This document shows, one piece after another, positions 24,702-38,650 of a stretch of 64,000 nucleotides of DNA. The stretch is from the NCBI GenBank assembly GCA_026770705.1, contig JANJGN010000026.1, forward strand, positions 5,952,001 through 6,016,000, given 5' to 3'. The position numbers were made by a program, and so were the translations under genes. The stretch is from Isurus oxyrinchus. Taxonomy: Eukaryota. Position 1 is the first letter of the stretch; every line of letters begins with the position of its first letter. The notes beneath the pieces were generated by a model. It saw only the letters and a program-made list of their open reading frames with translations. It was not told the DNA's origin and searched no databases.

Positions 24702-25429
24702 GAAATTTTACTGGAACGACATTTGGATAATGTGGACGAGATTCTGGCATTAAAGACACCGTTTGCAGCTGGTGGCATTGCAATCGAACTACATGAGAGA
24801 GCCTCAGCCCCCGCCCCCCATCCACCCATTGTGCTGGTTTATTAATGTCAATTAGGCAGGGGAGCACAAGGAAGTCTGGAAGGCCAACAGTGATTCATTT
24901 CCGAACTCTCCTGTGCTTGTAACTTGTTCTCTCTGACGAAAAGCATCAAGAAAGCCGTCTTTATAGAACAAGGTGTTGCATGCCCAGCGCTGACCACACT
25001 CGTAACAACCACCCCCCCCACCCCCCCACCCTGCTGGAAGTGGTTAGCAAATGCTGCTCCCCAGGTTCCACAGTGACAGAGAGTCTGCTACTTTATACAT
25101 TTCTTGATTCCCATATGGGGAAAGCAGACACCACCTGGCTCATGAAACAAACATAGATTATCACCAATCTCATCCTTGGGACCAAGTGGATAGTGTATTA
25201 AGGCAGAATTTTCATTATCTTGTCTGATTGTGAATCATGGCCGGCTGACAGTTATCAAGAAAAGAAGATCCACAATTTTCACCTGTGTTGTGTGCAGTGG
25301 TTAAGGGTACCTCTTTACAGAACACAATCAGGGATGTGGCAGTCCTCTCAAAGACAGAATCCCCAAGTCTTTAGTCTCATAAAGCAGAGGAACAATGGAT
25401 GGCTCGGATCCGTCTACAAAACTATAAAA

Positions 25430-25690
25430 ACAACTGCAATGAGTTATATTTATATAGAGATTTTATCATAATAAAATGTCCCACAGATTTTCACAGTGGC
25501 ATAAGGATATATTAGGTCAGTTGACCAAAAGCTTGGTCAGTGAGATAGTTTCTAGGGAGACTCTTAAAGAAGGAAAGTTAATTGGAAAGTTGCAGAGGTT
25601 TAGGGGGAAATTCCAGAGCTTAGTGTCCAGGCAGCTGAAGACACGGCCACCAGTGGTGGGGTGATTAAAATCAGGGATGAAGGACATGCG
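25430..25690 (-). mobile_element. L2-type LINE 3' fragment
   Basis: GACCAAAAGCTTGGTC..GGGAAATTCCAGAGCTTAG..AGGCAGCTGAAGACACGGCCACCA pattern typical of L2 ends. Confidence 0.6.
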
Positions 25691-26929
25691 GTTATGGTGT
25701 TCCATGTATGTGGGCCCCACATCTCATGCTCAAGGCCCAGGCTTGAACTTTGGGACATAGTTTTACCATCCCAGGTCTCAGATAAAAAAATAATTCTCCA
25801 TATAAACATCTTATAAGATTATTGTTAATTGATACCATGAGAAAACTAGGACCGGTGGAATCCTCCTTTGTTCTCGGTTGGGGATTGACTTTAATGGAGA
25901 TATAATTCTGTGGATTTCAGTTGCGATAATAAAAAAGATATATATAAATACTGAAAAAGACAAACCTGGGACAGCAGGTCAATCGCCATTAGAATGTGAT
26001 GAATTAATGGTCACTGTTTCAGGTTTATTCCGCTGTTATTGAGAAGTCTTAATGACATCGTTGAACTGGGACTGGATGGCATCATAAGTGTCCATTGTTT
26101 CTTCATGAGCCATATCAGTAATAAGAGGAAATATTAATAAACCTGAGCACATTATTTAGGCTGACACTCTAGGTTGACATTGAGGGACTGCTGCACTTTC
26201 AGGGACAGCATCCTTCAGATGGATCTTGTGGAGGCTCTGGTCAAAATCTTCCAATACTACTTATATACTAGTGGGTCAAAGGGCTAAAAGATTGCAAATA
26301 TTACGCCTCTGTTCAAAAACACAACAATTAAAGGACAGCTTCACGTCAGTGGTGGGGAAAGGGTGGAGCTAATAATCCCGGACAAAATCAATTGGCACTT
26401 GGAAAAGTAAGGATTATTAATTCCAGCATTTACTGCTTTTAATACTGATATCTTCCCTAGATCCTAAGGTGAAGAACGGATCTCTGGGAGGAATCAGAGA
26501 CTGGAAATTGTCCATGAGAGTAACCAAAAGGAATGAGAATTCAAAGAACCTAGAGCTAGAAAGGGAACAAAAGGCCCACAAATGGAACTGTCGTTAACAG
26601 GACATCAATTAGTTTCCTTTTATCTTGGAGAAATCAATGACTCGACATACTGTGTGTTTGAAACAAAGCTGATTTAACAGACATCAAGGTATTAAACTCC
26701 TGGACAGTTACAGAGATTATTAACATCAGTAGAAATAAATCCCAACTATCAGAATGAGCATGGTTGAGTTCCAGATTTATTTAATTGTAACAGCAACAGC
26801 AGAATCAATCATCTTAAGGAGGACAGGGAATACATGTAAATTATATCCGCTGGTTAGGCAGTCTAGAATTAGATGGTATAGTCTAAGCCTTAGGGCCAGG
26901 CCGTTCAGGAGTTTAATTACACAGGACTC

Positions 26930-27620
26930 ATGATACATAAAAATGCCATTCGGTCCAATCAGTCCATGCTAGTATTTCAGCTCTACTCGAGATCACTCCC
27001 ATCTTACCTCACCTCAATCATCGTAACCCTCTATTCCCTTCTGCCTCTTGTGCTTGTCTAGCTCACCCCTTGAATAATATTAGGTGTGATGGCACGATTG
27101 TACAACACTTACTGAAGAATCCTGATCATGCTAAGATGTACACTACCAACCAATTAAATATCATCAGTTGGGCTCACAGTGTGGCTCACTTGTACATTCT
27201 AGAAACTACATGTATTCACACAGCAAAAAAGAAACACCTACGCACTGCACCTTTCTCAACTAAACAAAAGCTCTACAATTCACTCTAAGCACTCCCAGTG
27301 CTGGTGAGCCTGACTTCCTCAAAAGTCTTTGAGTGAAGACAATTCTTCTGAATTCCCTATTGGATTTCTTGGTGACTATCCTATATAAATGGTCCTAGTT
27401 ATGCTTTTCCCACCAAGCAGAAACAACCTCCGTCCATCCACATGAGCAAAACCTTTCGCATTTTAAGGACTTCGATTAGCCTAAGCCTTATTTTCCCAAG
27501 AGAGGATACCAAGTCTGTCAATCCTTTCCTGATATGTTTACCTGCACATTTTGTGCATGATTACGAATATGCTGTGTACCCTATCCAGTGACTCGATATC
27601 TTTTTCTATAATATGGCGAC
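26930..27620 (-). mobile_element. CR1 3' fragment with nested Penelope fragment (27070-27290, plus strand)
   Basis: CR1-end phrases (GCCATTCGGTCCAATCAGTCCATGCT) flank NIRCDGTIVQHLLKNPDHAK..IISWAHSVAHLYILETTCIH, a GIY-YIG C-terminal-like stretch. Confidence 0.7.
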
Positions 27621-28819
27621 AAAATCTTCCCTCTTAATTATAGCTAGTAAGATTTAAGATCGAGAGTAGCAGATTACCGAAAAAGGGGGGCAGAGCTCAG
27701 TAATGATTTTAAATTAGTTTATTGAGGCGAAGCAGTTTAAATATGATGTATCAGACAAATAGGGAAGAAAAACACAGGACCTGTGACAGGTGAGAACGGT
27801 TTACCGGATCCAGAGGTTAACCGAATGGATGATGCAGATTGAGTACTGGTTTCTGTAGCTGGCGGCGGCAGTCTCCTCTGAACAGTTAACTGGTGTGAGC
27901 ATGAGTGTGGATGTTGAGCTGAAGCCAGTATCGATCACTTCAAAATCAATGTGCTCTCGAGAGCCTGTTTTACATTGTTGGTTTGCTAATGGGTCATGAG
28001 ATCCAATCGTATCAGGATTAGAAATATCTTGTTTCAGGGACTGTTCTGGAGATTTATACATGCCAGAGATAACAGACCAGTTCTGTATTTGTTAGCCAGC
28101 ATGCTACTATGGAATCTTTCTTCATTAGAGAGAGAGAGAGAGCTGTTTATATAGTATTACCTAAACTATTGTAGCTTTAATAGGGTCAGTAGACAGCGAT
28201 TTCTTACAATCCGTTATTTGGATTGAACGTGTCTCCATTCCCTTGCCGAGAGGAGTTCTGGACCAGTTGGGAGGGCTAACAATTTGGAATTCCTAATTCT
28301 GCTCCAATTCCCATTCCTCTTCTTTCTGGTTCAAAATGGAAGTGTCACTATGCCTAATATGCAAGTCAGTAAAATTTGTCAGCAAGGATGAATCAAAATT
28401 TTTCAATTGGAGATGTTAATCAGTGGAACGTTTCAGGCACTAAATTTTAGTGTTCTTACTAAATATCAATTTAGGATTGAAGTAAAAGTTCAGAATCCTG
28501 TTGTAAACTAATTTCTGATGAAAATTCCATAATCCTGGGAAGAGATGAAAGGCAGTGGCTCTTAAAGTGAAACTGCAGCCCGGAGAACACAATCAGCTAT
28601 AGATCCATAATATTAAACTACAGCCCTGTTACAAGGATTATTAACATGAGCAGAAACAAACGTCAACTTTGAGAATGAACATGGTTCAAACCTGGATGTG
28701 ATTAAGAGCAACAATATGCTTTTGTCATTTCCGGTGCATGTTTCGATGCTGGGTTGCACATTTGGATACATTCCTTTAAGGCTTTTTCGTTGATCAATAC
28801 AACTGAGTTGCCTGCTCGT

Positions 28820-29112
28820 CTATTTCAGAGGGCAGTTAAAAGTCAGCCACATTGCTATGGGTCTGGATTCAAATGTACCCCACAGAAGGTAAAAATGGAA
28901 GATTTCCTTCCCTTAATAGCAATTTCGAGTCTGGTGGTCTTATTACAATAATTGAAACTGGTTTCATGTTCATCATTAAACTTTTAATTCGAGATTTTTC
29001 TTGAATTCAAATTTCACCACCTGCAACGGTGAGGTTCCAACTTGGATCCCCTTGGCATTGCAATGTGTCTCTGCATGACTAATCCAACGATAATAGCACT
29101 ACGCCACTGCGT
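28820..29112 (-). mobile_element. SINE, same family as 9160-9520
   Basis: CAGAGGGCAGTTAAAAGTCAGCCACATTGC..GATTTCCTTCCCT is the reverse complement of the SINE core. Confidence 0.7.
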
Positions 29113-29114
29113 CT

Positions 29115-31010
29115 ACCCAGGCATACATAAAAATGAGGAGCCAATCTGATGAAGCTGCAACACAGCACTACTTACTTGACAAACAGCATAAGTGGCAAGT
29201 GATACAGAGCTATGCAATTCCACAACCAATGTATCAGATCAAAGCTTGGCAGTTTTGCTGTATTCAGTTTTGAATGGTGGTAGACAATTAAACAACACAC
29301 TGAAGGAGCAGACTCCAAAAATATCCCCATCCGCAGTGATGGGGAAGCCCAACACAACAGTGCAAAAGATAAGGCTGAAGCATTCGTAACAACCTTCAGC
29401 CAGAAATGCCGAGTGGATAATCCATTTCGGCCTCCTCCGGAGGTTGCCAACATCACATCTTCAGCCAATTCGATTCATTCCACATTAAATCAAGAAACGG
29501 CTCAAGGCACTGAATACTGCAAATGCTATGGGCCCTGACAATATTCAGCCCATTGTACTGAAGATCTGTGCCCCAGAAGCTTTTCCGCGCCTAGCCCAGC
29601 TGCTCCAGTACAGCTGCAACACTCGCATTTACCGGGCTATCAGAAAAATTGCTCAGCTTTATTCTATACAAAAGAAGCAGGGCAAATCCAGCCGACACAC
29701 TTAGCGCCCCCTCAGTCTGTTTTGGGTCATCAGTAAAGTAATGGAATGGATCACCAACAGTGCTGCCAAGCTACACATGCTTAGCAATAACCAGTTCACT
29801 GACGCCCTGTTTAGTTCCTCTCAAAGCCACTCAGCTCCTGACCTCATTAAAGCCTTTGTTTAAATATGGAGAAAAGGGATGAAAGACAGAGGTAAGGTGA
29901 CATCACTGCCCTTGCTTTGAACGCCGCATATGACCAAGTGTGGCATCAGAGAGACCTAGCAAAAATTGGAGCCAATGGGAATCAGGAGGTATACACCCCG
30001 CTGGCTGGAGTCATACCTTGGAAAAGGGAGATGATTATGATTGTTGGAGGTCAGTCATCTCAGCTCCAGGACATCACTTCAGGATTTCCTCAGGGTAGTG
30101 TCCTCGGCCTAACCCTCTTCAGCTGCTTTATCAATGACCTTCCTTCCATCATATGGTCAGAAGTGGGGATGTTCCCTCATGATTGCACAATATTCAGCCG
30201 CATTTGCAATTCCTCAGATATTGAAGCAGTCCGTGTCCACATGCAGCAATATCCTGGCTTGGGCAGACAAGTGGCTGGTAATTTTCGCACCACACGACTT
30301 CAACGAAGACCATCTCCAATAAGGTAGAATCCACCCATCGACCCTTGAATTTCAATTGCATTATTATCGCTCACTCCTCCACTATCAACATCCATTGACC
30401 AGAAACTGAACTTGACTAGCCATATACATACTATGGCTACAAAAGCACAGCAGATGTTAGGAATCCTGAGGCGAGTAACTCATCTCCTCATTCCCCAAAG
30501 CCATCTACAAGGCACAAGTCAGGATTGTGAAGGAATACTCCCCACTTGCCTGGATAAGTGCAGCTCCAACAATACTCAGGAAGCTTGACACCATCCAGGA
30601 CAAAGGATCGCGCTTGATTACCCCCCACCCCCTCCACAAACATTCACTCACTCCACCACAGGCACACAGTGGCAGCGGTGTTTGCCATATACAAGATGCA
30701 CTGCAGAAATTTGCTAAGGCTCCTTAGGCAGCACCTCCCAAACCTACAACCACTACCATCTAGAAGAACTGGGTTAGCCTTATAGTTGAGGGTGCCATCA
30801 CAGGGAAGTTCTACTTCAAGCCACTCACCATCCTGACTTCGAAATATATGGCCGTTCCTTCACTGCCTTTGCAAAATCCTGGAGCCCCATCCCTAACCCA
30901 CACCACATGGAGCGCAACGGTTCAACTAACTTCTCAAGTGCATCGACAGAATGGCAATAAATCCTGGCCCAGCCAGCGAAACACACAAGCCGTAAATTGA
31001 TTTGAAAAAA
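29115..31010 (+). mobile_element. CR1-group LINE, RT region to 3' end, 5'-truncated
   Basis: AYDQVWH, GFPQGSVLGLTLFSCFINDLP..MFPHDCT and EYSPLAWISAAPT..LDTIQ; GGCAATAAATCCTGGCC tail. Confidence 0.9.
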
Positions 31011-31583
31011 AGTAAGGCATACACACAGAAAGTGATAGAGGCCGAAGGAGAGACATACACCCAGAAAGCAACGGTGTCACCATCTTGTGTCAATTTGTGC
31101 TTCGTTTTGGATGGCAAATTTATAAGATTATGACAATTGATCATGAAAAGCAGGTGTGTATGGATTACTTTTCCTCTTTTTCAATAATTAATTCTGAAGG
31201 CACCTGGTTCAATCCGTAACAATGAGCAACACCATCAGCAGAACTCAAACCTATATAGGGAAACCCCAATGGATGTGGCATCCATCGTTTTAATCACTGG
31301 ACCACGAACAAAGAAGCTACTGAGATTACACTAATGTTCACACAGCAATAAAAGTGATTATTAAAGAGAAAGTTCACATTGTGCTCTTTCTGCATTCTCC
31401 ATTATCACAACATATCTCCAGAGACTGCTGTTTATAATGGTTCTGCTCATTGTTGTCACCAAGCTGGAAATGAAAGAGTGAGTTTGAAAGAGGAAGAGAA
31501 GTGATTCGTTTTGTAGATCCCAGGGGAACGAGACTCCAGGATCAGATTATTGTGACAGTTAACACAGCAACAAGAAAACAACA

Positions 31584-31640
31584 TTCCCTGATGAGGGCCA
31601 AACCCGGGCGGCAGGAGTGGGAGCGCCGAATTATAGCATG
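31584..31640 (-). tRNA. Degenerate tRNA-Glu-derived pseudogene fragment
   Basis: Minus strand ATTCGGCGCTCCCACTCCTGCCGCCCGGGTTTGGCCCTCATCAGGGAA resembles the 3' two-thirds of vertebrate tRNA-Glu(CTC); T-loop and anticodon are mutated. Confidence 0.6.
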
Positions 31641-32044
31641 ATTAGTTCAAACACAGACGACTTGCTCAGCCAATAACAACAGCGAGTTTGTTAGACATGA
31701 AAATGAAGTGAACAGTGAGCTGAAATAGTGCCACAAGCTGCGGATGAACAACTTTCAATTTCCAAAACCTACCAGCCTAATCAGGGCGGCTCCTCTGAAT
31801 CTTTCAAGACAAATTTTCACCCTTTCTAACGTGCCGTTCCCAAAACTATGCACAGCCCGCGAGGGGTGATCTAGCCGGGGCTTTGTATAGATGTGGCAAA
31901 CCGTTTCCTCTACTCAATTACAGCCTCAGTCACAGGCTGTTCAACAAGAGCAATTAAATTGCAAGTATGGACTGAGGAAAACGAGGAGGTGCTTGAACTC
32001 ACAGCCTGGTCAAGGTTCATCCCTCCATCAACTTCACAGAAACA

Positions 32045-32220
32045 TATCATCCTCTCATTGTGACGTTGCTGTTTGTGGGATGTTGCTGAGCAGTGATTGG
32101 CTGCCGTGTCTCCTACATCACCACAATGACTACAAAATGCCCTTCATTGGCTGGAAAGCACTTTGAGACGGCCGCTGGTCGGGAAAAGCGCGATAAAAAT
32201 ATATGTCAGTCATTCTTTAA
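32045..32220 (+). mobile_element. SINE fragment with L2-like tail
   Basis: TTGCTGTTTGTGGGATGTTGCTG..TTGGCTGCCG..TTCATTGGCTGGAAAGCACTTTGAGACG; an inverted relative lies at 55500-55745. Confidence 0.65.
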
Positions 32221-34599
32221 TTATCTTAAATCCCAGTCCTCTGGTTACTGACCCTCGTCAGTGGAAATAGTTTCTTCCCATCTGGTCTATCAAAACATCC
32301 TTTCCAATGTCCTCAACCTCCCCGCCAACCAATGTGAATCTCAAGAAACTCCTTGGGAACCGGAATCAGAGGAGAATGAAGGATGAGCTGCCCGACTGAC
32401 CAGAGTCAGTCAAGGCAGTTTTCCCTTTAAGACGCTGGAACATTGACTCTGATGTTATCAGGGAAATTAACTGATCTGAGACTTTGGAAGGATTCTCTTA
32501 ACTGCACATGAGGAATTCAAGCCTAATATCGGCTTCGGAACAATCAGAATACTTGATAACAGACAAGACTGCGAAAGGCTCGAAGGGAGACGGCGCTGGT
32601 TGTAGGAGAGTGGCTGTCGCTTGCATGCATGTGTCTGCAGTGGGTGGCATCAGGTTGTTTCCATGTATCCACTATGAGAGTCCCACCCTTTATTTTGGAA
32701 CGGTAAAACTGATAGAGAACATTTGTCATTCCGGTAGCGACAATCTGAAGCTTTAACTCACTAACGATCTGCTTTAGGGCGTATTGCCGGCTTCGGACAC
32801 ATTAGTGTCTCCGGTGCATTTGGTCAGGGCCTTCGGCTATTATGTGAAAGGTGGGTGTTCCGAGGCCATCCGCGGACGAAGACTTCACTGTATTCTCATC
32901 GTCAGCATTCATTGTCGCACACTTCTGGGTTATGAATGGGTTCTTTAGCTGCAAAAGCATATCCCCCAAAGTTGCTAACTCTACGGCTATCCAATGACTT
33001 TTCACATTAATACTTTGATTAATAATGCTTTGAAATATAATAGAAATGACCGACTATGGGCATATAACGAACCCTTTGGAAAACTGTGAATTTATTGTAT
33101 TCAAACAATCCCATCAATTATTCTCACTTCCTCAGCTCCACGGTCAGTGAGAAAGGGAAAAGCAGAAAAGCAGCAATATTCTGGCCCCGCACTTTCCAGT
33201 CACCCGCTGCCAGCAGGAGGATTTTCACGCATAGCTGAATGATTATTTTGTGAAGTGGCGAAGAGCGAATGTAACATGGGTGTAAAATCTGTAAGATGCA
33301 ACATTCAGTTTATGTTCAACAACAAATAATACTGATTCAACTTTTCTCTGGCTTAGATAACTAAGTTTGTTAATATTTCTCAATGGTTTCGAAACAGAAA
33401 ACATGTATATGTTGGGCAAACGTGAGCATTAAGGAAACAGTTCGCTGCAAATGCCCCTGGAGAAACCGGTTAGTAATACATTCTGCCACTTGTCATGCAG
33501 TAGCACTGTGGGTCTTTACACAGGAAATACTCAACATAAACAGGACATTGCGCCCAAACAGTCCATGTCGGTGCTTATGTTTGTCTCGAGTCTCCTCCCA
33601 ACTTTCCACTTCCAAATCTGTCACTGTAACCCGACATTCCCTTCTCCCTCATATGCTTGTCTAACCTCCCTATAATTACATCTACTTCAAGCACTCCCTT
33701 TGGTCGCAAGATCCACACTTCTGGCTCGTTTGAGTTGAGAACGTTCTTCTGAAATCCCTATCATATTTCTTGGTGACTGGCTCGTATTGATGGTCTCGAG
33801 TTTTGCTCTTCCCCAGAGAGGAGACATTCTCTCTGTATCTGCTCTTTCAAATATTTGTCCATCCTGCAGTTTATTACGGTCCTCCAGTAATTTGTTGTAG
33901 CTCTACTCAGTACTGACTATCTCCGCAATCTGATGTCATCCCCAAATTTAGAAATTGTGTCTTTGATTCCAAATCATGAGTGCAAATTGTGAACAGCAGT
34001 TGTCCCAGCACTGATCCTTGTGGAACACAATTTCCCATTTTCTATCACTATGAATAAATATCATTTACTCCCTCGGATTCTGTCTTGAAACCTGCCAGCA
34101 ATACATTCTGCCACTTGTCTCCTGACTCCACATTCCCTGGCATTATTCAAAAGTCTATTATGGGGCATCTAATTCTGCTACAGTACCATTGTCCATTCAC
34201 TCTATTACTCCCTCACAACATTCAATAAGGTTGGCCATGCATTGTTTTAACTTTTGAGATCCACTCAGACAATTCATTGCTATACTTCACATTTCTCGAT
34301 GTTCGATAATTCCCTTGTTCGATAGGGTTTGCATTGGGCTGTATCTTCCGGGCTCCAGGCCAGTTTAACCGGCGGGTACCCAGCAGATGCGCTGGGGAAC
34401 GCCAGCCGCGGAATTTCCCAGGTAGGATTTTATCGGCAATTGCCCACAATCTGTGAAGTTCCGATGGGCAACTGTGCTGCACTGGGAACCATCCAAAATA
34501 CAAACTGCATCGCCAGCTCCATATAGTCCCAGCTGTCCTGCATCTGTAGTTACTGAGAAAATGTTGGAAAATTGAACTATTCTACCTTATGGGTAACTA

Positions 34600-35640
34600 T
34601 TGTACACACCCACATTGACGCCCCGTAGGATTCCTCTACTACTTCGACTACACCCAACTGAATTACTTCCCCCATCCCCGCCCCCAACCGTCCAATAGAC
34701 TCAAGCACAGCCCCCGACTAACACCCGTCCAAGGATCTCCCCACACACAGGGGAATCTTTCCCGTACAGGAACTTCAGCACAGAAGACTGCATAACCAAT
34801 CGGCTCCATGAGGCTCCAAAAGCCCCGCTGCATAGGGCTGCCCCGAACCCCCAAATAACATGCCCTGACACGGCGCTACTCAACACCATCTGACTGCCTG
34901 ACAGGACCCCGACTGGTTGACCACAGCACCTGAATGGCAGACACCACCCTCCACAACACCATCGACTGAAGCCATTCACCCTCAGTTGACCAATACCCCC
35001 GTCCCCGCCCTCCCATCACATCACAGCCCGAATGGTCCAAACCTTGAATTGCCGACAAACCCACCCACTTGCCGACCCTCCTTCCAGGTGCTCGACAGCC
35101 CCACCGCCGACTGGCTGACAAACTCTCAGCTGCCCAACAGCCCCCTACTCACTGACTGACCAACAGCCCCGTTTACTGTTTAACTGACACAACCCCCAGC
35201 CCTGGACTAGCTGACCCTTCCTCCGACTATCCGACACCAGTGCTCATGGACCTGGACCAAAATCCTCGCAACTTTCCGACAACCACACCTACACCCCAAC
35301 TGCTGACACCTATCCCCAACATTGCCTGATACGACCACTCTCCCCTAATGGCTGATTGGCCAGCTCCCCCTGACTGGCCAACCCCGCTGCCCCCCAACGC
35401 TCTCCGACTGGCTGACATCGTAACCTCCCAAAATGGTCGACATACCCGCCAGATTGGTCGATCCCCGCGACTGACTGATGCACCCTTACCTCATTGGTCA
35501 TTCCCCTGCCCCACGACAATTGGCCGAACCCCTTACTCACTCAGCCCTCCGACTGACTGATCCCTCACCTCAAATTCAACCGCTTAGCCGACAAACCTAC
35601 TTTCTCCCTGGCTTCACAGGTCTGTACCTTTAACCTCGCC
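34600..35640. repeat. Degenerate C-rich minisatellite/low-complexity tract
   Basis: Recurrent CCGACTG(G/A)CTGAC and CAGCCCC motifs with strong C/G strand skew. Confidence 0.75.
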
Positions 35641-37659
35641 TCATTTATGGCAACCAGGACCGTACTTGCCTCTGATTCAGCCGCGCTTGACTGAAGACGT
35701 CAGGGGCGCGCTGCCGTGAACATTTATCACCTGGCATGACTTGGAAGGTCGGGCAAGTCCCCCAATGTGAATTGGGGGACTTTGCAGGATCAACTAGGTA
35801 TTCTGTGTCCTGATTGTTTCCTTTATCTCGGTCGATGCTGGGTGTGACATCCGGTTTTATTTTTGGACTATTATAGTGGTTTGAAATATGTTGAAACAAG
35901 CCTCAACTACATTCTCATGGATGTGGGACCACATGCAGGCCGGAGGAAGTAAGGATGGAAAATTATTTTCCTTAAATGGTATTACTGGGCCAGATAGATT
36001 TTTGACAATGGAGCAGTTTAATGGTTATCACTGGCAATTTTTATTTTATGAAGTTTCTAATGCGTGTATTATTCTGGACAACTCTCAATGAATACAAATG
36101 TTAATTTGGTAGGTTCTGCCTTGTGAGCAAAAGTCCTAACTAGTGATGAATAAATATTCAATATGGCTTCCTTTTTCATTGTACTCTATGCCGCTCTTTA
36201 CAAGGCAGAGGTTTCTGCTCAGGATTTTAAAAGCTTTTTAAGTTGCTCTGCTTCCCATGTTTGTAACCGTGCATCCTGATGTCTCTCTTGTATCAGTATG
36301 TTTGTAGAATTATACTATTTGAATAATATTGACACTGATATCATTTTCTAACAAGATGCATCAGTACGCCCTTCTTTGCAATAAATTACATCAGCTTTGT
36401 GTCTACAAAGTCACCAATTTCTCAATGTCCCCCTCAAATCTCCCCTATTCCCCAAACATATATTTGCAAATTGTGTGTCGTCTGCAAACATTGAAATCAT
36501 ACCAAATAGTGCAGCTAATTAGCCTACATGGAATCGAGCAGTGATATTAATATCAAGTCTTGATGAAATAATTGCTTCCAGTGTGAAATCAAACGCCCAT
36601 CACTAGTACCACACTTTCCATCAGTTCATCTAAGAACTCAATCAAATTTCTCCGCTAATGATTTCTTTTAGAAAAGCATAGTTTCCCGAATTTCTAACGC
36701 TCATGTTCCAATTTACAATTAGTTCCATCCAGGACTTTAATCACAAAAATTGTACTGTCAACAATGTCTTGTATTGTCAGTTTATGCCCAAACTTTTTTT
36801 TAACAACACTCTCCCATTTGCAGTGCTTCAGTGTCTGCTCCCTGTTGTGCACTCAAAGAAGGTTAAATGCTTGTATCCCGACCCTCCCCCTTTCTCCCAG
36901 TTACACACACAAGAATTTATTAGCTATCCCATCCGGACCAGTTCATTTTCGACTTTGAGTGCTCCAAATATTTCTATGTATTTTCGTCCTATCCAGTTGG
37001 ATCAAAATTTATTTTTTTTAAAGTGAAACTGGTAGGTTTCTCCGCTGGTGTGAACACAAATTGAAATGAATTGAAAACATGTTGTCCAAAATAAGCATAA
37101 TCATTTAATCATTACATCATAAGCCAATAGATAACTGACAATTTATGCCAATTACATAATTACGTGTCATTATTAGTGAATTGCTGATTCCACCAGCAAA
37201 TAACTCCTTTCTTGATCGCCTTGATGTATTGGAAAGGATTGAGTTCTTGTTTCAAAGAAAGCTATCCTGCTAGGAATCCATCGAAAGAAATAAAGCAGTT
37301 ACAGTCATAAATGGGATGCCGAAGAATCAAGTTGGGTTCAACACCAAAAAAAGCATACCTTGACTGTTAAAAAACGCATAAAAATGTTGATAATACATTT
37401 GAATTTTAATAGAGTTACATTACGGAAATAAATAAAATACATTGAAATGGCATCAGCTATGAAAATTTAATTGGTTAACAGCATGAAAACTGATGCTGCA
37501 CACGTTGCAAATACCATAACTAAGTTACTTGTGCCTCAGATTTTTTTTTTTGAACCAAAGAGGGAGGAGGTGAAATGTTGATTCTGGGATTGGATGTAAA
37601 ATATCTTCCAGTGGGGTGCTGCAACACTACTCAAATTCCCACAAGCACGGTTGATAAAG

Positions 37660-38055
37660 CGTTGTGCAAACCTCAGGTGAAACAATCTCAGATGTTAGAT
37701 GAGATGCATCCGAGAATCCTCATGGAAATAAGTCACAAAATTGCAGGGGGCTGCGCAAGAACCTCAGAGAATGTGTCGAATACAACAGATTTGGGACGAG
37801 GGAAAAGCAAATTAAGGGAATTTCAGGAAACTACACACCAATAAATTTGACGTTCTCTGCGGGTAAATCTTTGCAAACCCTTAAAGAAAAGTTCATGGGA
37901 CACCTGGGAAACAAAAATTTAAGATATTGTCAACTGGTGTTCATGAAGGGGAGGCCTTGCCAAGCTTGAGCACTACCTACATTTGAACATGTGACAGAGG
38001 GGACTGAAATGGTAAAGGCATTGAATGTGGTGCATTTGGCATTCTGATTCCTTTT
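37660..38055 (+). mobile_element. CR1 RT fragment
   Basis: LDEMHPRILMEI followed by decayed RT motifs. Confidence 0.65.
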
Positions 38056-38104
38056 TTATTCTTCCTCTGGAAAAAAAAAGTATGGACCTTAAAACATCTT
38101 TTGA

Positions 38105-38650
38105 TTCAATCATGGGATGTGGGCGTCGCTGGCTAAGCTGGGAGTTATCATCCATTCCTCATTGCCCTTGAGAAGGTGGTGGTGAGCTGCCTTCTTGAAC
38201 CACTTCAGTCCATGCAGGAGGCCGTTTCAGGATTTTGACCCAGTGACAGTAAAGGAATGGCGATATCTCTCTAAATTAGGATGGTGACTGAATTGGAGGG
38301 GAAGTTCAAGTTAGTTGTGTTCCCATCTATCTGTTGCCACTTTCCTTCCAGATGGTATTGGTCGTGTGTTTGGAAGGGGCTCTCTAGTGTGACTTGGTGA
38401 GTTCCTGTACTGCTTCTTGTAGATGATACATAATGGTGCCAACGTGCGTCAGTGGTGGAGAGAGAGAAAGTTTGTGGATGTGGTGCTAATGAAGAGGGTT
38501 GCTTTGCCCTGGATGGTGTCAATCTTCATGAGTATTGTGGCATCTGCACTCAACCAGACAACTGGATAATGTTCATTTACACTCCTGACTTGTGCCACGT
38601 AGATGGTGAGCATACTTTGGGGAGCCAGCAGATGAGTTACTTGCAGGGAT
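38105..38650 (-). mobile_element. 3' fragment of the LINE family at 29115-31010
   Basis: TCATGGGATGTGGGCGTCGCTGGC..CCTTGAGAAGGTGGTGGTGAGCTGCCTTCTTGAACC is the reverse complement of that family's 3' end. Confidence 0.85.

Noticed and set aside
32500-33005. GC-richer stretch with short ORFs
   Set aside because: No recognisable protein motif, splice structure or repeat identity from inspection alone.
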